From the NCBI RefSeq assembly GCF_006345805.1, contig NC_043002.1, positions 4,774,001 to 4,838,000 on the forward strand: 64,000 bases of DNA, read 5' to 3'. The translations under genes were made by a program, and so were the position numbers. Below are positions 53,176 to 64,000 of this stretch, in pieces (position 1 is the first letter of the stretch; each line of letters opens with the position of its first letter). The stretch is from Octopus sinensis. Its lineage: Eukaryota. The notes below the pieces were generated by a model. The model was given only the letters and a program-made list of their open reading frames with translations. It did not search any database and was not told the origin of the DNA.

Positions 53176-54459
53176 ACTGATGATGGGCTTCTTTCAGTTT
53201 CCATCTACCAAATCCACTCACTAGGCCTTGGTTGGCCTGAGGCTATAACAGAAGACATTTGCCCAAGGTTCCACACAGTGGGACTGAACCCAGAACCATG
53301 TGGTTGGGAAGCAAGCTTCTTACCATACAGCCATGTCTGCACTTATAAAGTCAACCCTGTGCCTGTTTCGACTTTACACTGCTGGAGGGGGGGGGGTTAA
53401 AAAAACTAATGGCAAAAATATATTTCAGTCATTCTATCTGGTTTTAAAAATACCTAAAAAAAAACCAATACTGAAGTGGAGCATTAACAAAAAAGGAATA
53501 CTTGTGAAAATATGTATAAACCATTTATTAAAACAAATATATGCCAATACATTTTTAAAATGATTTTTTGCGTTTTGTGATTTTTACAAGTCACATGTCT
53601 TGGAGCTAATTACCAATGTAAGCTTAGGTATGTCTGTATATCTGTAAAATGTGAAGGGTACCCTTGTCTAGACATCACAAGATGCTTGTAGATGAGCATC
53701 ATTGTGAAACCAGCATGGTTGTTCATTTTTGATGAATAACTGCTTGGATAATTTCAGTTGATTAGAATTTTTCAACTCTCTATACTACCTATGGGAAACC
53801 CTACCAAATTTTTATTTAGTATGTAAAATACTGAATCATAGCTCAGACTTACAAGGCCAGAGATACCACTGCTAAAGAAAATATCAAAGGATTTTTTGAG
53901 TTTTACAAAACTATCTTTTTCATATCAAAAATACTGAAATTACTGTATTTAATTATATATAAGTCACACAAGCCTATTAGAAAGAACCCAATTTCAGCAG
54001 CGCATATTCTGGAAAAAGATATTTTAATGCAGGTTAAAGTAGTTGTTGTTGTTTGTTCCTTCTCGAGCCATGCCTGGCTCATAAGGGCCGGTTTCCCGGT
54101 TTCTTGGCATATAGATTCCCCACCTGGACGGGATGCCAGTCCGTCGCAGGTGAGCTGCAAGATGCAGGAGGAAAGAGTGAGAGAAAGTTGTGGCGAAAGA
54201 GTCAGCAGAAGTTCGCTATTACCTTCTGCCGGAGCCGCATGGAGCTTAGGTGTTTCGCTCATAAACACACACATCATCCAGTCTGAGATTCGAACCTGCG
54301 ATCCCTCGACCGCAAGTCCGCTGCTCTAACCACTAGGCCATGTGCCTCCACTAGGTTAAAGTAGTGAGGAAAGACAAACAATTAGGCAAGACATGACAAA
54401 GAAATTTAATTCAATTTAATTCAATCTAATTTAGCTACATAACAAATAGTAAAAAATAG

Positions 54460-54548
54460 TCTCCGACAGCTGTTTCTGGATATCCCAGCTATTGGAGCAT
54501 TGTATTGAGTGAAGACTCTGCAAGGGGAGTATACCGTCATCAGAGATA
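54460..54548 (-). ncRNA. Type I hammerhead ribozyme-like fold HH5, sense to TDP1 pre-mRNA
   Basis: On minus strand: ATATCT-CTGATGA(54543-54537)-long helix II-GAAA(54476-54473)-palindromic ACAGCTGT-C(GTC)-GGAGA; helix II closing pair is a C.A mismatch. Confidence 0.5.
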
Positions 54549-55525
54549 TCGGTTAGTCAGAGGAAGAAAGTTCCTCATTAATATTTGTTGTGGTTCGTTA
54601 TGCCCAGGAGGGTGGAAGGGTCCAATTAAATCCAGTGAGATCAGGTATTCTATAGGTAAACCCATGATCAGAAAGAATAGGTAACATTTAAAGTACTCTA
54701 ACAGTACATTACAAAGCATTACAAATCTACCGTAACTATATATATATATATTAGTGACATAGGTGGTGAGCTGGCAGAAACGTTAGCACGCTGAGCGAAA
54801 TGCTTAGCGGTATTTCGTCTGTCGTTACATTCTGAGTTCAAATTCCACCAAAGTAGACTTTGCCTTTCATCCTTTCGGGGTCGATAAATAAAGTACCAGT
54901 TTTACACTGGGTCGATGTAATCGACTTAATCCCTTTGTCTGTCTTTGTTTGTCCCCTCTGTGTTTAGCCCCTTGTGGGTAGTAAAGAAATATATATATAT
55001 TAGTGACAGAGGCATTATTAATACTGAGAGGTAATATTTATCCCCACTTAAAGAATGAATGTTCTATTAGAACAAACTACACTGCAGTGGTTACCACTTG
55101 CATATTGGCTTTGAGTGCAAAACACACTGTTGTTTATATCACTAGCAGGAAGATAAACCCCTTCCACCTCCAGTACTGAGACCCCCAAGCAAGTGATTTC
55201 AGCCTTGTTTGGTCTTGTCAATGATGGACTGTCAACCAGTGGAGGCAATAGCGATTTATCTGCCCTCTAGCGATATATAGATTGACAATGCTAGAACAGA
55301 TGCTGGTGTTGCGGTTAACAAATTGTGTGGTAAGTAGCTTGCTAACCAACCACATGGTTCTGGGTTCAGTCCCACTGCGTGGCATCTTGGGCAAGTGTCT
55401 TCCGCTATAGCCCCGGGCTGACCAATGCCTTGTGAGTGGATTTGGTAGACGGAAACTGAAAGAAGCCTGTCATATATGTGTGTGTATATATATATATATT
55501 ATATATACATATATATATATATATA

Positions 55526-55905
55526 TCTCTATATAAACGGCAGTTTGTCTGTGCGTGTTTCTGTGTGTCTGTTTTCTCGTACCCTCACTCTGACCACGGC
55601 TTTCAACCGATTCTGATGAAACTTGACACACACATAGCCCAATGTCATAATTCAAAACTAACGCAGCGAAAATTTTGAAAAGTTCCCCCAGTTCTGAAAA
55701 AAATCGATAAATTCGACATGGGGTCGAGAATCAGAAACCCAAACCACAGACCGTCTAGGGGACGCAACTCCACCTTTTTAACTCTCAAAAAAAATTTACC
55801 ATAATTTTTTTTCCATTTTTTTGCTATTTTTTGGCTATAACTCTCTAAAAATGCTTTATAGTTATTTCCCTTACAAACCTGAGCAACGCCGGGCGATACT
55901 GCTAG
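55526..55905 (+). mobile_element. Non-autonomous Helitron with a different 5' module and shared 3' module
   Basis: A|TCTCTATATAAACGGC 5' end; same hairpin-CTAG|T end; sits in the central (TA)n of a family A SINE. Confidence 0.8.
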
Positions 55906-56450
55906 TATATATATATATATGTGTGTGTGTTTTTCTGTTTGTCCCCCTAGCATTGCTTGACAACCGATTCTGGTGTGTTTACGTCCCCTTCACTTAGCGG
56001 TTCGGCAGAAGAGACCGATAGAATAAATACTGGGCTTACAAAAGAATAAGTCCCAGGGTCGATTTGCTCGACTAAAGGTGGTGCTCCAGCCTGGCTGCAG
56101 TCAAATGACTGAAACAAGTAAAAGAGTAAAGAGTATCAGCAATATAGGCAATATTGATAACAAGAGGTAATAGTTATCTCCACTTGAACATGGATGTTTT
56201 CTATGAGAAATAAACTAAACTGGGGCAGATACCATGAGAGAAACCCTCATATGCCTCAACAAATTGAGCTGCTTTCTCCTTTAGCTCAATAAACTGATTT
56301 GTCTCCTCCTTTGCCATTTCACACTGCCTCCATCCCTGTAAGTTCACTAATCCTAAATGGTAAGTAGCTAGGGTAAAAAAAAAAAGCGAATAGAGCATTT
56401 GATAAAATGGAAAACAATTGAGAAGAGTATAAGAAGTAGAATGTACTTAC

Positions 56451-56547
56451 TTGACATAATGAGACATTGGGGAATTTAGATGCATCATTCTGTAAACCAG
56501 TCATCTCAGAACCTTTAAACCCGTGGACTATTAGGACAGGTTTTTGC
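56451..56547 (-). CDS. TDP1: TDP1 exon D: QKPVLIVHGFKGSEMTGLQNDASKFPNVSLCQ
   Basis: 97 nt; acceptor aaattccAG, donor GTAAGT; similar to human KKPILLVHG...ENISLCQ. Confidence 0.95.
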
Positions 56548-56671
56548 CTGGAATTTAGAGAAAACTAGTTCAAGAATATGGAAATAAGAGGGATTGATAA
56601 AGATGAATTTTATTTTCTATATGAAAATATCATTATAGCTCATTGTGTTACTAATGGTACTAATAACAGAG

Positions 56672-56702
<31 letters not shown>

Positions 56703-57563
56703 TTATGTTCGGTCATAATAAAAACAATGTTACATTAATCGAATGGGTTACTCTATACTTTCAAAGAGTACAAATTTATAATTCTTAAACAATGTTGTTG
56801 ACAGTGACTGCGAAGTTTTGGCTAGCTAAGCTATAGTTGGGGGCCAAAAATTCAAAAATCACTGTCAACAACATTCTTGTTGAAGAATAATAAAAATATA
56901 TATACATACATACACATATATATATATATATATATTACAATGAAAAATGCAGGTGCATGCATGTTAATATTCTTAAGTTATTACACCTGGAAAAGTACAG
57001 AACAAGGTTTCTACAGCAGAATTTGCCTAATTAATCACCTCTAAAGGAAACTAAAAAGTACTTAAAATTAAAATTCTGCTGCACTTAAAATATTATTGCC
57101 GAGAATAACATTTTTTAAATTTACTATATTTTATTAGAACAAAAATTATAAAAACATTACTGGATTTTACCAAAAATAAGCCCATCTGATTTTAAGCCTA
57201 TGGGCTTATTTTCAGAAACTGTTTTCATGTATAGCCCCAGTAATTTTTTATTTTCAGAAAAAAGGTTATTTAAGCAAAATTATTTAAGTCTGTATTTAAG
57301 CCCATGAGCTTATTTTTAGAAAAAGCAGTCTATTGCATATGTGTGTCTGTACTTGTCTTCCACTATCAATTGACAACTAGTATTGGTGTTTATATCCCTG
57401 TAACTTAGTAGTTCAGCAAAAGAGACTGACAGAATAACTACCAGGCTTAATAAAAATAAGTATTGGGGTCCATTTATTCAACTAAAAGATTCTTCAAAAT
57501 AGTGCCCCAGCATGGGCCAGTCTAATGACTGAAACAAGTGAAAGATAAAAAAAAGAGACTCAC

Positions 57564-57619
57564 CGGAATTCTGGAGCATATTGCTGCATCAGAAACTTGA
57601 TATCAAACATGTAATTAAA
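57564..57619 (-). CDS. TDP1: TDP1 exon C: FNYMFDIKFLMQQYAPEFR
   Basis: 56 nt; acceptor ggtttccAG, donor GTGAGT; similar to human FNYCFDVDWLVKQYPPEFR. Confidence 0.95.
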
Positions 57620-57749
57620 CTGGAAACCAAAATAGGAAATAGAGTTCGTTAAGAAAGACAGGAGTACTACGATTCTTTTAACACATACATTTAAAATTGC
57701 AGAATTCATCTCAGAAGGAATTTTAAGCCAAATGAAACCATAATCTCAT

Positions 57750-58400
57750 GGCCTATGCCAGGGGCGTAACCAGCCCACTTATGCGTACCTTTTCCTTCTT
57801 TGGACACTAAAACTCTGCTTGCAAAAACCTGTTGAGGCAAGTGAAATCAAAATCAAATTCGATGACTGGCATCCATGTTAGCGGGGTGCAAAGAGCACCA
57901 TACGAGGGTGATCGTTGACAGAGCGGCTATCCGGCTTCCATGCCAGTGACACTTAAAAGGCACCATTCGTGCATGATCGTTACCAGCATCACTATACTGG
58001 CACTTGTGCCCATGCTAGTAGGGTGCCAAGAGCACCATCCGAGCGTGATCGTTGCCAGAGTGGCTAACTGGCCTCCGTGCAGGTGGAATGTAAGAGGCAC
58101 CATTCGAGCGGGATCATTACCAGCGTCACCTTACTGGTACCTGTGCTGGTGGCATGTGTAAAAAGATTCGAGCGAGGTCGTTGCCAGTACCGCCTGACAG
58201 GCCCCTGTGCCGGTGGCATGTAAAAGCACTCACTACACTCTCGGAGTGGTTGGCGTTAGGAAGGGCATCCAGCTGTAGAAACTCTGCCAGATCAAGACTG
58301 GAGCCTGGTGCAGCCATCTCGTTTGCCAGCCCTCAGTCAAACCGTCCAACTCATGCTAGCATGGAAAGTGGATGTTAAACGATGATGATGATCATCATCA
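57750..58400 (+). mobile_element. SINE-like family D with RTE-type 3' end, 65-70 bp internal subrepeats and (GAT)n tail; longest copy
   Basis: Ends ...ccaacYcatgctagcatggaaagYggaYgttaaacgatgatgat; over 20 copies between about 17050 and 63540, e.g. 21850-22200, 23092-23385, 25530-25775, 31290-31710, 32930-33175, 43020-43350, 44550-44895, 45885-46185, 50005-50355, 51130-51420, 59850-60100. Confidence 0.8.
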
Positions 58401-60720
58401 TCATTTCATATAAAAAAAAGTCATTAATTAAAAAAATTAAATTTTTAAAAAGACTAAACTGAAAGAAATTATCATTATCACTTATTTTTAAAGATGCAGA
58501 TAACGAGTCTTTGCCAAAAATAAAACTTAAGCGTTTGTATCTCTTATATTATTACACTGAGTCTCTAACCAAAATTCTTAATTAGATTTTCAAGAAGAGG
58601 ACAATATCATCCAAGAGTTTTAATGGAGATCAGTACCAAATAACAGTCTCATAAATACCATTATCTTCAGGTTCTAATGCTGAAAATTCCAGGCCACAAG
58701 TTGTGTGGCGGTGACTAGTCATTAGTGGTTGATGAATCATGTTTTTTCAAAAGTGTTTTTGTTCTTTTGCGTTGATGAAATGTGCGAAGGGAAGTTCTAG
58801 CAGTGACCACCCTATTGTTTTGCATATCTGAGCCTACATTCTTTAATATATCCTTTCTTCTTTATAACAACAAACTGATTAAAATGAGAAATGGTTGCTA
58901 TGTCTAGCAGGACAAGCAACTGCAAGGAGGCGCAATGGGCCAGTGGTTAGGGCAGCTGACTTGCGGTCGAAGGATAATGGTTTCGATTCCCAGACTGGGT
59001 GTTGTGTGTGTTTATTGAGCGAAAACACCTAAAGCCCCAGGAGGCTCCGGCAGGGGGTGGTGGCGACCCCTGTTGTACTCTTTCGCTCCAACTTTCTCTC
59101 ACTCTTTCTTCCTGTTTCTTGTCCCGACTTCCTACGCAACCGCTGAGCCTGGATGCGCATTCATCCATCCGTCGATGCTCTCGGTGTCGGGGGTTGACCT
59201 GCTTTCTCTTCTGCGGGTCTTACGAATAGCAAAGGACCACGTTTCGAACTTTTCCCACTAATGGGACAATGACCGCTTCGCTCAACAAACAGACAAACAG
59301 CGACTGCATAGAGGCTTCCTCATTGGTTCATTCCACAAGAATGTTTGTAGCTTTTGGCAAACAAAACTGATATTAATATTATTGCAACATTTGAAGGCAA
59401 CATCTGGCAGAACCATTAGCACACTAAGCAAAAAGTTTAGTGATATTTCATCTATCTAACCATTCTGAGTTCAAATTCTGCCAAGGTCAACTTTGTTTTT
59501 CATCTTTTCAGGGTTGATAAAATATGTACCAGTTGAGTACTGGAGTTGATGTAATCAACTTACCCCTCCCCCAAAAACTTACTGGCCTTGTGCAAAATTT
59601 TAAACAAATACTATTACAACATTTAAAGACAGCACGCTGGCAGAATCATTTGCACACCAAGCAAAAGATTTAATGACATTTCATCAATCTATACGTTCTG
59701 AGTTCAAGTGCTGCCAGGGTCAGCTTTACCTTTCGTTCTTTCGGAGTCAATAAAATAAGTACCAGCTGAGCACTGGGGTTGCTCTAATTGATTTGCCCTT
59801 CCTCCAAAATTGCAGGCTTTGCACCAAAATTCGAAACCAATATCATTACATTTCGTTGGCATGTGTAAAAAAAAAAAAAATTGAGCGTGGCTGTTGCCAG
59901 TACTGCCTGACTGGCACCTGTGCCGGTGACACGTAAAAGCACCCACTACACTCTCGGAGTGGTTGGCGTTAGGAAGGGCATCCAGCTGTAGAAACTCTGC
60001 CAGATCAGATTGGAGCCTGGTTTGCCAGACCTCAGTCAAATCGTCCAACTCTTACTAGCATGGAAAGCAGACGTTAAAATGATGATGATGATGATGATGA
60101 AGTAAATAAGAAATAATACTTACTGATTAAAGGCAAAAAAGAATTTTGATTTTGTTACACAGTGATAACTGAGGTTGTGGGGTCAGACATAGAGGACCGA
60201 GGACCACATCTATGCAATGTACCTTTATATCTGGTACAGTAGGACTCTATTAATTAATGTTGGCATCCTTCTAAATACCAACCTTTGTTTCTCAAGTTAA
60301 AATGTTTAAGCTGCGAGACTTTTTGCTCATGAAGGACATAAACAACACCAGCACGGTTGAAACGGTGTCAGTGCAAAGGTATGCAATGACACACACAGTA
60401 GGGTGGCGAGCTGGCAGAAACGTTAGCACGCCGGGCGAAATGCTTAGCAGTATTTCGTCTGCCACTACGTTCTGAGTTCAAATTCCACCGAGATTGACTT
60501 TGCCTTTTATCCTTTCAGGGTCGATTAAATAAGTACCACTGGGGTTGATATAATCGACTTAATCCGTTTGTCTGTCCTTGTTTGTCCTCTCTGTGTTTAG
60601 CCCCTTGTGGGTAATAAAGAAATAGGTATGCAATGACACACACACATACATCTGTATATTTAAAGTTTTTATGTAAAATCAGAAAAATTACTACAAGATG
60701 ACATGTGGCCAACAGTGGTT

Positions 60721-60775
<55 letters not shown>

Positions 60776-60906
60776 CAATGGCTGCCACCACTGCTACCAC
60801 CATCATCATCATCATCATCAACGTGACATGGCAGAATGGTAAAAACTGATATTTAAATTTTGGGGGAGATATTTCTATATTTTTCTTTTTCGTAAAAGAT
60901 GCTTAC

Positions 60907-60950
60907 CTGACATGATGCCTGAAGGTTACCAAATGCTGATGACAAAATAT
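60907..60950 (-). CDS. TDP1: TDP1 exon B: DILSSAFGNLQASCQ
   Basis: 44 nt; acceptor tttctctttAG, donor GTAAGC; phase 1 in, phase 0 out, fits both neighbours; similar to human DILSPLFGTLVSSAQ. Confidence 0.92.
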
Positions 60951-61082
60951 CTAAAGAGAAATAAAAAAAAAAAAAGGTTACACATTATTAGAATAAAATA
61001 AAGCCTAGTTTTTAAAATGCAATTTTTTATTCTGTCTTTACAGTTATATTTTCTTTTATTGTGGAATAAATAATAAAGATGA

Positions 61083-61128
<46 letters not shown>

Positions 61129-61132
<4 letters not shown>

Positions 61133-61647
61133 AAGACCAAAACAATAAAGTTTGCTTATTGATCGACATGAAAGACCAAAACAATAAAGTTTGCTTATTG
61201 ATCGACATGAGCATCCCCTGTGATCATAATATCTCAGCAAAAGAGTTTGACAAGCTCAGAAAATATAAAGACCTACTCATTGAAATTGAGAAAATGTGGC
61301 ATCTCAAGGCGGTTACAATACCAGTGATCGTAGGAGCACTAGGAATGATCAAGAAGGGAACCAAAAATTATATGAGAATGATCCCTGGCTTACCATCCCT
61401 GCAAGAAGTGCAAAAGATTGTCTTAACTGGTACATCATACGTATTGAGAAGAGCATTGTCGATGTGAGAACTGTTGCTACTCATGTATTTTAATTTAACT
61501 TTAAAAAAAAAAAAAAAAAAAAAATGAACGAACTACTGAGTTTGGTTTAATGGCCTACCAATGTATACTATGAGTTTCTTTGCCCTAGGAGTCGGGAAGA
61601 CACTCGGCAAGAAATGATAGCAAATTTGAAAGAAGAAGAAAAAAAAG
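61129..61647 (+). mobile_element. 5'-truncated R4/Dong-like retrotransposon (restriction-like endonuclease C-terminus) within (TAA)n
   Basis: KDQNNKVCLLIDMSIPCDHNISAKEFDKLRKYKDLLIEIEKMW..VTIPVIVGALG matches the second half of the RLE PD-(D/E)xK domain; (TAA)n on both sides. Confidence 0.82.
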
Positions 61648-61675
61648 TAATAATAATAATAATAATAATAATAAT

Positions 61676-62570
61676 GAAATTATTGTATATAGTGCTCAGG
61701 TGCACCACAACTTGTCAGAAAGTGCGTATAAAGTATATGCAGTAATATACAAATGTCTGGGAAGCGAACAGTGTATGAGTTAGATACATGCTTGTGTGTG
61801 TATGGAGGGGTGAAAATCAGGTGTAGTGTTGACGAATCTCAGGAATCATGGAAGTTTTGAAGGATGCAGTGCTCCGACAACTAACAACTGATGCCGGCAG
61901 TTTGTTCCATGCTTCAGCAACTCTCAGCGTGAAAAAAATGTTTCCGAAAGTCATGGGAGCTGTGCTGTTTTCTGACTTTGTAAACATGTCCATGGGTGTT
62001 AGACAGGTGGAGTTTGAAAAGGTGCTCAGAGTTATTGTTTGTAAGATGGTTAATAATTTTATGGGTGTCTGCCAAGTCAGCTGCCAGATGTCGGAGTTTC
62101 AATGTGTCCGTGCCCAGGGAAGTAAGGTGTTCAGAATATGGAAAATGCCTGATGGAGGGCATTCTCTTGGTTGCACGTCGCTGAACGGCTTCCAGATGAT
62201 TAATATCGTGGGCAAGATAGGGGTTCCAGACCGGTGATGCAAATTCCAGGTGAGGTCACACCATAGCTATATAAAGCCGTAGATAGATAGCCGGAGAGCG
62301 GCTCACAAAGGACTTGGTGAGTGATGCCAAGACACCCTCAGCCTTCTTGGCAATTTTAGCGATGTGTTTTGTCCAACGCAAATCGCTATCGACAATAACA
62401 CCCAAGTCACATTCACACGAAGATTTTTTGAGATTAGTATTGTGGGGGGAGTAGGTAGACGCTGGGTTTTTCCTCCCAAAATGCATGGTGGTACATTTGT
62501 CCACAGCCAGCTTGAGTTGCCAGTCCATGATCCACTGCTGCATTGTGTCCAGGTCTGATTGCAATAGAGA
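61676..62570 (-). mobile_element. 5'-truncated CR1/L2-group LINE with (ATT)n tail
   Basis: LQSDLDTMQQWIMDWQLKLAVDKC...CDLGVIVDSDLRW...PHLEFASPVWNPYL...LEAVQRRATK; stops present; 3' end copies also at about 33800-34130, 40470-40580 and 46540-46588. Confidence 0.88.
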
Positions 62571-62656
62571 TCTATAGTGTACAGGGTGTTAAAAAAAAAA
62601 GTAAAACAAGAAGAAAAAAATATGAATTAGGTAAAAAGAAAAAAAAAATTACTTAC

Positions 62657-62911
62657 CAGAGATTCCCATGACAAAGGAGGAATTGTACTGTGAACTAATC
62701 CCTTTAACACGAGTAAGAAAGAAGCTGAAAGGTTGACCCTCACGGTATGTTGTACGGATAGACTTTTCTAAGCTCATTGTCTTATCCCCCGATTGTGACT
62801 TTTTCTCTGTAGTTGGGGAGACAACAGGAGACTTAGACACCGAAGCAGCAGCGGGCGGCGAGTCATTATTTGCCTTTTGTTTCTTCACAGAAGGTTTTTT
62901 CTCCTCAATTT
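62657..62911 (-). CDS. TDP1: TDP1 coding exon A (most 5' exon in window): (E)IEEKKPSVKKQK...EGQPFSFFLTRVKGISSQYNSSFVMGIS
   Basis: 255 nt; acceptor ttttatttgtAG, donor GTAAGT; C-terminal half resembles the TDP1 PF.F.LTRV.G motif; starts in phase 1, so upstream exons lie outside the window. Confidence 0.88.
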
Positions 62912-64000
62912 CTACAAATAAAAAATTTAATCATGGAACTTGTAATTAAATATTGTTTACTGTTCTTTCTACATATATACATATACCACCATGATCCCCG
63001 TGACCGACCAGGCTGTCAGATGTTGTTACACATCGCTGATCACAATGCGCTTGCCATTGTTTTAGCCTTCAAATGACGCTGCCCTGTTGGCTAAGCGAGC
63101 AGGCCAACAGAAGAAAGAGTGAGAGGTAGTTGTGGTGAAAGAGTACAGCAGGGATCACCACCACCACCCCTGCCGGAGCCTCGTGGAGCTTTTAGGTGTT
63201 TTCGCTCAATAAACACTCACAACGCCCGGCCTGGGAATCGAAACCGCCAGTCCGCTGCCCTAACCACTGGGCCATTGCGCTTTCACATATACATATATAT
63301 ATATATATATATATATCATCATCATCATCATTTAATGTTCGTTTTCCATGCTGGCATGAGTTGGACAGTTTGACAGGATCTGATGAGCTGCAGGGCTGTG
63401 CCAAGCTCCAGTGTCAACTTCAGCATGGTTTCCATGGTTGGATGTCTTCCTAAAGCCAACCACTTTACAATGCATACTCAGTGCTTTTTTTTTTGTGGCA
63501 CCAGCACTAGTGAGGTTGCCAAGTAACCTGCAAGTCAGGAAAAGTACAGGAAAAATGGAAAAGCAAACAGCTCCCACAATTAACTGGGTGGAGGAGATTA
63601 TGAGAGCGGGGAGTAGCTTTATGTTAAGAATAGAGAGGCTAGAGTATAACAGAGGGACAGGCATAGGTGTGTTGCAACAGAGGAGATATATGGTTTCCCA
63701 ACATTATATACATAGGATGGGTGGGAGCAGTTGCGAAGGAGATAAAAAGAAGGTAGTGATGGAGTGACAGAGGAAACTCTCAAGGTACAAAAAGGTGAGT
63801 ATAAGAGAGCATAACAGACTATTGGCAAGAGGAAGGAGAGAGAGAGAATGGATACTTTCACAAGTGTGCAAATGGAAAGTAGTGGAGGATATGAGATAGA
63901 TAGATAGATGGATATACACACACATACAGACATGTGCATGTGCATGCATGCACGCTCGATGGTTTATGGTAAGCAGTGTTGATATTTTACAATTCTATAA

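Noticed and set aside
56201-56398. 65-aa ORF or cryptic exon just downstream of TDP1 exon D
   Set aside because: An AG near 56370 follows a T-run, but splicing to it gives a stop after four codons and I recognise no homology; no support without RNA data.
63411-63949. ORFs of 81-118 aa at the right edge as upstream TDP1 exons
   Set aside because: Purine-rich low-complexity and SINE-derived sequence with no TDP1-like residues or phase-1 donor identified; the upstream exon is probably outside the window.

Overview
Eukaryotic, AT-rich, microsatellite- and SINE-dense genomic DNA; the repeat families look like those of an octopod cephalopod (inference from recognised repeats, not a database hit). 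One protein-coding gene is well supported: tyrosyl-DNA phosphodiesterase 1 (TDP1) on the minus strand. I reconstructed 14 coding exons by hand between 62911 and 21723. All have GT-AG boundaries with matching phases, total 1529 nt (about 508 aa plus stop), and contain both catalytic HxK motifs (HHSK, PHIK). The 5' end of the gene lies beyond the window. The rest is mostly transposon-derived: four SINE-like families, CR1-like, RTE-like and R4/Dong-like LINE fragments, an internally deleted mariner, non-autonomous Helitrons, fold-back palindromes and simple repeats. Nearly all listed ORFs are artefacts of these repeats. The most notable hidden signal is a set of hammerhead-ribozyme folds read directly from the sequence: five with the complete CUGANGA/GAAA/NUH core and three minimal variants with covarying helices. 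Six cluster at 5.5-9.5 kb next to (TA)n arrays and two lie in TDP1 introns, one of them on the TDP1 sense strand. They are probably termini of Penelope-like elements or retrozymes; none has been tested for activity.
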